Shown in pieces: positions 26,607 to 31,155 of a stretch of 31,155 nucleotides of DNA. The notes under the pieces are model-generated. The model ran no database searches. It was given only the letters and a program-made list of their open reading frames with translations, and was not told where the DNA came from. Within the stretch, counting starts at the first letter, position 1; each line of letters opens with the position of its first letter. Both the position numbers and the translations under genes were made by a program. The DNA is from a virus (Duplodnaviria > Heunggongvirae > Uroviricota > Caudoviricetes). Location of the stretch: IMG/VR virus record IMGVR_UViG_3300029473_000204. One strand, given 5' to 3'.

Positions 26607-26758
26607 CGTTTCCGAAAAATCTCTGGGTCGATGACCTGATGGCGGATGTGGCAGTGATATTTCACTGGCCGCCATCAGAACTGTATCCCATGAGCCTGAC
26701 CGAACTCATCACATGGCGCGAAAAGGCGCTCCGGCGAAGCGGAAACACGAATGAGTAA
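26331..26758 (+). CDS. E': E+E' fusion made by programmed -1 ribosomal frameshift (about 142 aa)
   Basis: Slippery heptamer T TTT TTG at 26579-26585 near the 3' end of E. The -1 frame stays open to a TAA at 26756-26758, overlapping the T start. The predicted product is about 142 aa, like P2 E'. Confidence 0.6.
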
Positions 26759-29198
26759 CAATGTAAAATTACAGGTATTGCTCAGGGCTGTTGACCAGGC
26801 ATCCCGCCCGTTTAAATCCATCCGCACAGCGAGTAAGTCGCTGTCGGGGGATATCCGGGAAACACAAAAATCACTGCGCGAGCTGAACGGTCAGGCATCC
26901 CGTATTGAGGGATTTCGCAAGACCAGTGCACAGCTCGCCGTGACTGGTCAGGAACTGAAAAAAGCCAGACAGGAAGCCGCAGCTCTGGCTGTCCAGTTTA
27001 AAAATACTGAACGACCGACAAATGCACAGGCAAAGGCAATGGAAGCCGCGCGTAAAAATGCGTCTGAGTTACAGGCGAAATATAACAGCCTGAGATTGTC
27101 GGTACAGCGCCAGCGTCAGGAATTGAGTCAGGCGGGTATTAATACCCGTAATCTGGCGCATGATGAACGAGGGCTGAAAAACCGTATCAGTGAAACCACC
27201 ACACAGCTGAACCGTCAGCGTGATGCGCTGGCGCGTGTCAGTGCGCAACAGGCAAAACTTAACGCAGTAAAACAGCGTTATCAGGCAGGAAAGGAGCTGG
27301 TCGGAAATATGGCCTCAGTGGGCGCTGCCGGTGTGGGGATTGCGGCGGCGGGAACGATGGCCGGTGTTAAGCTGCTGATGCCCGGTTATGAATTTGCGCA
27401 GAAAAACTCAGAATTACAGGCTGTGCTCGGTGTGGCAAAAGACTCCGCCGAAATGGCTGCACTACGCAAGCAGGCGCGTCAGCTCGGCGACAATACCGCA
27501 GCCTCGGCAGATGATGCAGCCGGTGCGCAGATTATTATTGCGAAAGCCGGTGGGGATGTTGATGCCATTCAGGCGGCAACGCCGGTCACGCTGAATATGG
27601 CGCTGGCGAACCGTCGCACGATGGAAGAAAACGCCGCCCTGCTGATGGGGATGAAATCCGCCTTTCAGCTTTCAAACGATAAGGTCGCTCATATCGGGGA
27701 TGTTCTCTCCATGACGATGAACAAAACCGCCGCCGATTTTGACGGCATGAGCGATGCGCTGACCTATGCCGCACCTGTGGCAAAAAATGCCGGTGTCAGC
27801 ATTGAAGAAACCGCCGCAATGGTCGGGGCGCTGCATGATGCAAAAATCACAGGCTCAATGGCGGGGACGGGAAGCCGTGCCGTGTTAAGCCGCCTGCAGG
27901 CACCGACGGGAAAAGCATGGGATGCACTCAAAGAGCTTGGAGTGAAAACCTCAGACAGCAAGGGAAACACCCGGCCAATATTTACCATTCTGAAAGAAAT
28001 GCAGGCCAGTTTTGAGAAAAACCGGCTCGGTACTGCCCAGCAGGCTGAATACATGAAAACTATTTTCGGGGAGGAGGCCAGCTCAGCCGCCGCCGTGCTG
28101 ATGACTGCCGCCTCAACCGGAAAGCTGGACAAACTGGCCGCTGCGTTTAAAGCCTCAGATGGGAAGACCGCCGAGCTGGTAAATATCATGCAGGACAACC
28201 TAGGCGGTGACTTTAAGGAGTTTCAGTCTGCTTATGAGGCGGTGGGGACTGACCTGTTTGACCAGCAGGAAGGCGCACTGCGTAATCTCACGCAGACGGC
28301 CACAAAGTATGTGTTAAAACTCGACGGCTGGATCCAGAAAAACAAATCACTGGCGTCAACCATCGGCCTTATTGTCGGTGGCGCACTGGCGCTTATTGGC
28401 ATCATCGGTGCAATTGGTCTTGTAGCCTGGCCGGTTATCACCGGCATTAATGCCATCATCGCGGCAGCAGGCGCAATGGGGGCAATCTTCACGACGGTTG
28501 GCAGTGCTGTTATGACGGCCATCGGGGCGATTAGCTGGCCGGTTGTGGCTGTGGTGGCCGCCATTGTCGCCGGGGCGTTGCTTATCCGTAAATACTGGGA
28601 GCCTGTCAGCGCATTCTTTGGCGGTGTGGTTGAAGGGCTGAAAGCAGCATTTGCGCCAGTGGGGGAACTGTTCACGCCACTTAAGCCGGTGTTTGACTGG
28701 CTGGGTGAAAAGTTACAGGCCGCGTGGCAGTGGTTTAAAAACCTGATTGCCCCGGTCAAAGCCACCCAGGACACCCTGAACCGTTGCCGTGACACGGGCG
28801 TCATGTTCGGGCAGGCACTGGCTGACGCGCTGATGCTGCCGCTTAATGCGTTCAACAAACTGCGCGGTGGTATTGACTGGGTACTGGAAAAACTCGGCGT
28901 CATCAACAAAGAGTCAGGCACACTTGACCAGACCGCCGCCAGAACTCAAGCCGCCACGTATGGCAGCGGTGGTTATATTCCGGCGACCAGCACTTATGCA
29001 GGTTATCAGGCTTATCAGCCGGTCACGGCACCGGCTGGCAGCTCTTATGTGGACCAGAGTAAAAACGAATATCACATCAGCCTGACGGGCGGTACTGCGC
29101 CGGGGACACCGCTTGACCGCCAGTTACAGGATGCGCTCGAAAAATACGAGCGGGATAAACGTGCGCGCGCCCGTGCCAGCATGATGCATGACGGTTAA
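26751..29198 (+). CDS. T: Tail tape measure protein T, 815 aa
   Basis: 815 aa, the same as P2 T. Coiled-coil N-terminal half and a glycine/alanine-rich hydrophobic central region (GLIVGGALALIGIIGAIG). Confidence 0.9.
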   Translation: MSNNVKLQVLLRAVDQASRPFKSIRTASKSLSGDIRETQKSLRELNGQASRIEGFRKTSAQLAVTGQELKKARQEAAALAVQFKNTERPTNAQAKAMEAARKNASELQAKYNSLRLSVQRQRQELSQAGINTRNLAHDERGLKNRISETTTQLNRQRDALARVSAQQAKLNAVKQRYQAGKELVGNMASVGAAGVGIAAAGTMAGVKLLMPGYEFAQKNSELQAVLGVAKDSAEMAALRKQARQLGDNTAASADDAAGAQIIIAKAGGDVDAIQAATPVTLNMALANRRTMEENAALLMGMKSAFQLSNDKVAHIGDVLSMTMNKTAADFDGMSDALTYAAPVAKNAGVSIEETAAMVGALHDAKITGSMAGTGSRAVLSRLQAPTGKAWDALKELGVKTSDSKGNTRPIFTILKEMQASFEKNRLGTAQQAEYMKTIFGEEASSAAAVLMTAASTGKLDKLAAAFKASDGKTAELVNIMQDNLGGDFKEFQSAYEAVGTDLFDQQEGALRNLTQTATKYVLKLDGWIQKNKSLASTIGLIVGGALALIGIIGAIGLVAWPVITGINAIIAAAGAMGAIFTTVGSAVMTAIGAISWPVVAVVAAIVAGALLIRKYWEPVSAFFGGVVEGLKAAFAPVGELFTPLKPVFDWLGEKLQAAWQWFKNLIAPVKATQDTLNRCRDTGVMFGQALADALMLPLNAFNKLRGGIDWVLEKLGVINKESGTLDQTAARTQAATYGSGGYIPATSTYAGYQAYQPVTAPAGSSYVDQSKNEYHISLTGGTAPGTPLDRQLQDALEKYERDKRARARASMMHDG

Positions 29199-29212
29199 GG
29201 AGGTGACGAAAA

Positions 29213-29692
29213 ATGATGCTCGCGTTAGGTATGTTTGTTTTTATGCGCCAGACGCTGCCACACCAGACCATGCAGCGTGAATCAGATTATCGCTGGCCGT
29301 CAAATTCCCGTATCGGCAAACGGGATGCCTTTCAGTTTCTCGGTGTGGGTGAGGAAAACATCACGCTGGCCGGTGTGCTTTATCCCGAACTGACCGGCGG
29401 CAAGCTGACGATGACCACGCTCAGGCTGATGGCAGAGGAAGGTCGGGCGTGGCCGTTGCTGGATGGCACCGGCATGATTTACGGCATGTATGTCATCAGT
29501 AAGGTGAGTGAAACAGGGAGTATTTTCTTTGCAGACGGCACACCCCGAAAAATTGATTTTACGCTGTCGCTCACCCGCGTTGATGAATCACTGGCCGCGC
29601 TTTATGGCGATATCGGTAAACAGGCGGAATCGCTCATCGGTAAGGCTGGCAGTATGGCGACTAAATTCACGGGTATGACGGAGGCGGGATAA
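29213..29692 (+). CDS. U: Tail protein U, 159 aa
   Basis: 159 aa, the same as P2 U. Confidence 0.85.
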   Translation: MMLALGMFVFMRQTLPHQTMQRESDYRWPSNSRIGKRDAFQFLGVGEENITLAGVLYPELTGGKLTMTTLRLMAEEGRAWPLLDGTGMIYGMYVISKVSETGSIFFADGTPRKIDFTLSLTRVDESLAALYGDIGKQAESLIGKAGSMATKFTGMTEAG

Positions 29693-30855
29693 TGCTGGAT
29701 GCGCTGACATTTGATGCAGGCAGTACGCTGACGCCGGATTACATGCTGATGCTCGACAGCAGGGATATTACCGGCAATATCAGCGACCGTCTGATGAGCA
29801 TGACCCTGACGGATAACCGGGGCTTTGAGGCTGATCAGCTTGATATTGAACTGAACGATGCCGACGGGCAGGTCGAACTGCCGGTTCGTGGCGCTGTCCT
29901 GACGGTGTATATCGGCTGGAAAGGTTTTGCCCTGGTATGCAAAGGGAAATTCACCGTTGATGAGGTAGAACACCGGGGCGCGCCGGATGTGGTCACCATC
30001 CGGGCCCGGAGTGCAGATTTTCGCGGGACGCTCAATTCCCGCCGGGAAGGCTCATGGCATGACACCACGCTCGGTGCGATTGTTGAGGCGATAGCCTCCC
30101 GTAACAGGCTGGAAGCCAGTGTCGCTCCGTCACTGGCCGGAATTAAAATCCCGCACATCGACCAGTCGCAGGAGTCTGATGCGAAATTTCTGACCCGCCT
30201 TGCTGAACGCAACGGCGGTGAGGTGTCGGTAAAAATGGGAAAACTGTTGTTTCTCAAAGCGGGGCAGGGGGTGACGGCCAGCGGTAAAAAAATCCCGCAG
30301 ATTACCATCACCCGCAGCGACGGCGACCGTCATCATTTTGCGATTGCTGACCGTGGAGCCTACACCGGTGTAACGGCAAAATGGCTACACACTAAAGACC
30401 CGAAGCCTCAAAAGCAGAAGGTAAAACTGAAACGCAAAAAGAAAGAAAAACACCTGCGCGCACTGGAGCACCCCAAAGCGAAACCGGTCACGCAGAAGAA
30501 AGCGCCAAAAGTACCGGAAGCGCGCGAAGGTGAATACATGGCCGGTGAGGCTGACAATGTTTTTGCCCTGACCACGGTATATGCCACGAAAGCGCAGGCC
30601 ATGCGCGCCGCTCAGGCGAAGTGGGATAAACTGCAACGGGGCGTTGCGGAGTTCTCCATCATCCTGGCTACCGGTCGTGCAGATATTTACACGGAAACGC
30701 CGGTCAAAGTGTCAGGCTTTAAGCGCGTCATAGACGAGCAGGACTGGACAATCACTAAGGTGACACATTTTCTGAATAATAGTGGCTTCACGACGTCCTT
30801 GGAGCTTGAGGTCAGGCTTTCTGATGTGGAGTACGAAACAGAAGATGATGAGTGA
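29692..30855 (+). CDS. D: Tail protein D (late control gene D), 387 aa
   Basis: 387 aa, the same as P2 D. Lysine-rich internal stretch. Confidence 0.85.
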   Translation: MLDALTFDAGSTLTPDYMLMLDSRDITGNISDRLMSMTLTDNRGFEADQLDIELNDADGQVELPVRGAVLTVYIGWKGFALVCKGKFTVDEVEHRGAPDVVTIRARSADFRGTLNSRREGSWHDTTLGAIVEAIASRNRLEASVAPSLAGIKIPHIDQSQESDAKFLTRLAERNGGEVSVKMGKLLFLKAGQGVTASGKKIPQITITRSDGDRHHFAIADRGAYTGVTAKWLHTKDPKPQKQKVKLKRKKKEKHLRALEHPKAKPVTQKKAPKVPEAREGEYMAGEADNVFALTTVYATKAQAMRAAQAKWDKLQRGVAEFSIILATGRADIYTETPVKVSGFKRVIDEQDWTITKVTHFLNNSGFTTSLELEVRLSDVEYETEDDE

Positions 30856-30936
30856 TGTTTTTATTTTATCTGTTTGTTTTATAAGGGTAAATTAACTAAA
30901 ATGGCACCATCAACAAAACCGGAAGAGGTGCTCGCG

Positions 30937-31155
30937 ATGTTTCATTGTCCTTTATGCCAGCATGCCGCACATGCGCGTACAAGCCGCTATATCACTGACA
31001 CGACAAAAGAGCGTTATCACCAGTGCCAGAACGTGAATTGCAGCGCCACGTTCATCACTTATGAGTCGGTACAGAGATACATCGTGAAGCCGGGAGAAGT
31101 CCACGCCGTGAGGCCGCACCCGTTGCCGTCAGGGCAGCAAATTATGTGGATGTAA
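30937..31155 (+). CDS. ogr: Ogr, zinc-finger late-gene transcriptional activator, 72 aa
   Basis: MFHCPLCQHAAHARTSRYIT...CQNVNCSATF gives a CxxC...CxxxxC zinc finger, 72 aa as in P2 Ogr. ATG at 30937. The track ORF from 30874 is an upstream extension. Confidence 0.85.
   Translation: MFHCPLCQHAAHARTSRYITDTTKERYHQCQNVNCSATFITYESVQRYIVKPGEVHAVRPHPLPSGQQIMWM

Noticed and set aside
27764-28921. Minus-strand ORFs of 144 and 229 aa inside the tape measure gene T
   Set aside because: Antisense frames within a well-supported 815-aa gene; the alanine/serine/threonine-rich translations are typical of spurious frames.
1-31155. tRNA, rRNA or CRISPR features
   Set aside because: No cloverleaf-compatible tRNA-like segment, rRNA-like sequence or repeat-spacer array was seen. 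The window is almost entirely protein-coding prophage DNA.

Overview
The window is essentially one complete P2-like (Peduovirus-type) prophage of an enterobacterial host, running from the integrase stop codon (position 1) to the ogr stop codon (position 31155), so attL and attR lie just outside. Gene order and protein lengths follow phage P2: int, C, cox, B, A, then an accessory locus, cos, Q and P on the minus strand, and O through D plus ogr on the plus strand. Identifications rest on my recognition of P2 protein sequences and lengths and on motifs read from the translations; no database search was run. Three things depart from the P2 backbone. (1) At the position where P2 carries tin/old, next to cos, there is an AT-rich two-gene operon on the minus strand: a 488-aa ABC-type ATPase followed by a 284-aa protein with a TOPRIM-like E...DxD motif. 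This is the best candidate for the system of interest, most plausibly a PARIS-like (AriA/AriB) or AbiL/Rlo-like anti-phage defence module. (2) An IS200/IS605-family insertion sequence sits between that operon and cos. (3) A Hin/Gin/Cin-type invertible tail-fibre cassette lies between H and FI, with a serine invertase and two inverted crossover sites that I could align by eye. The cos site, the E/E' frameshift site and the nested lysC spanin gene are also readable directly.
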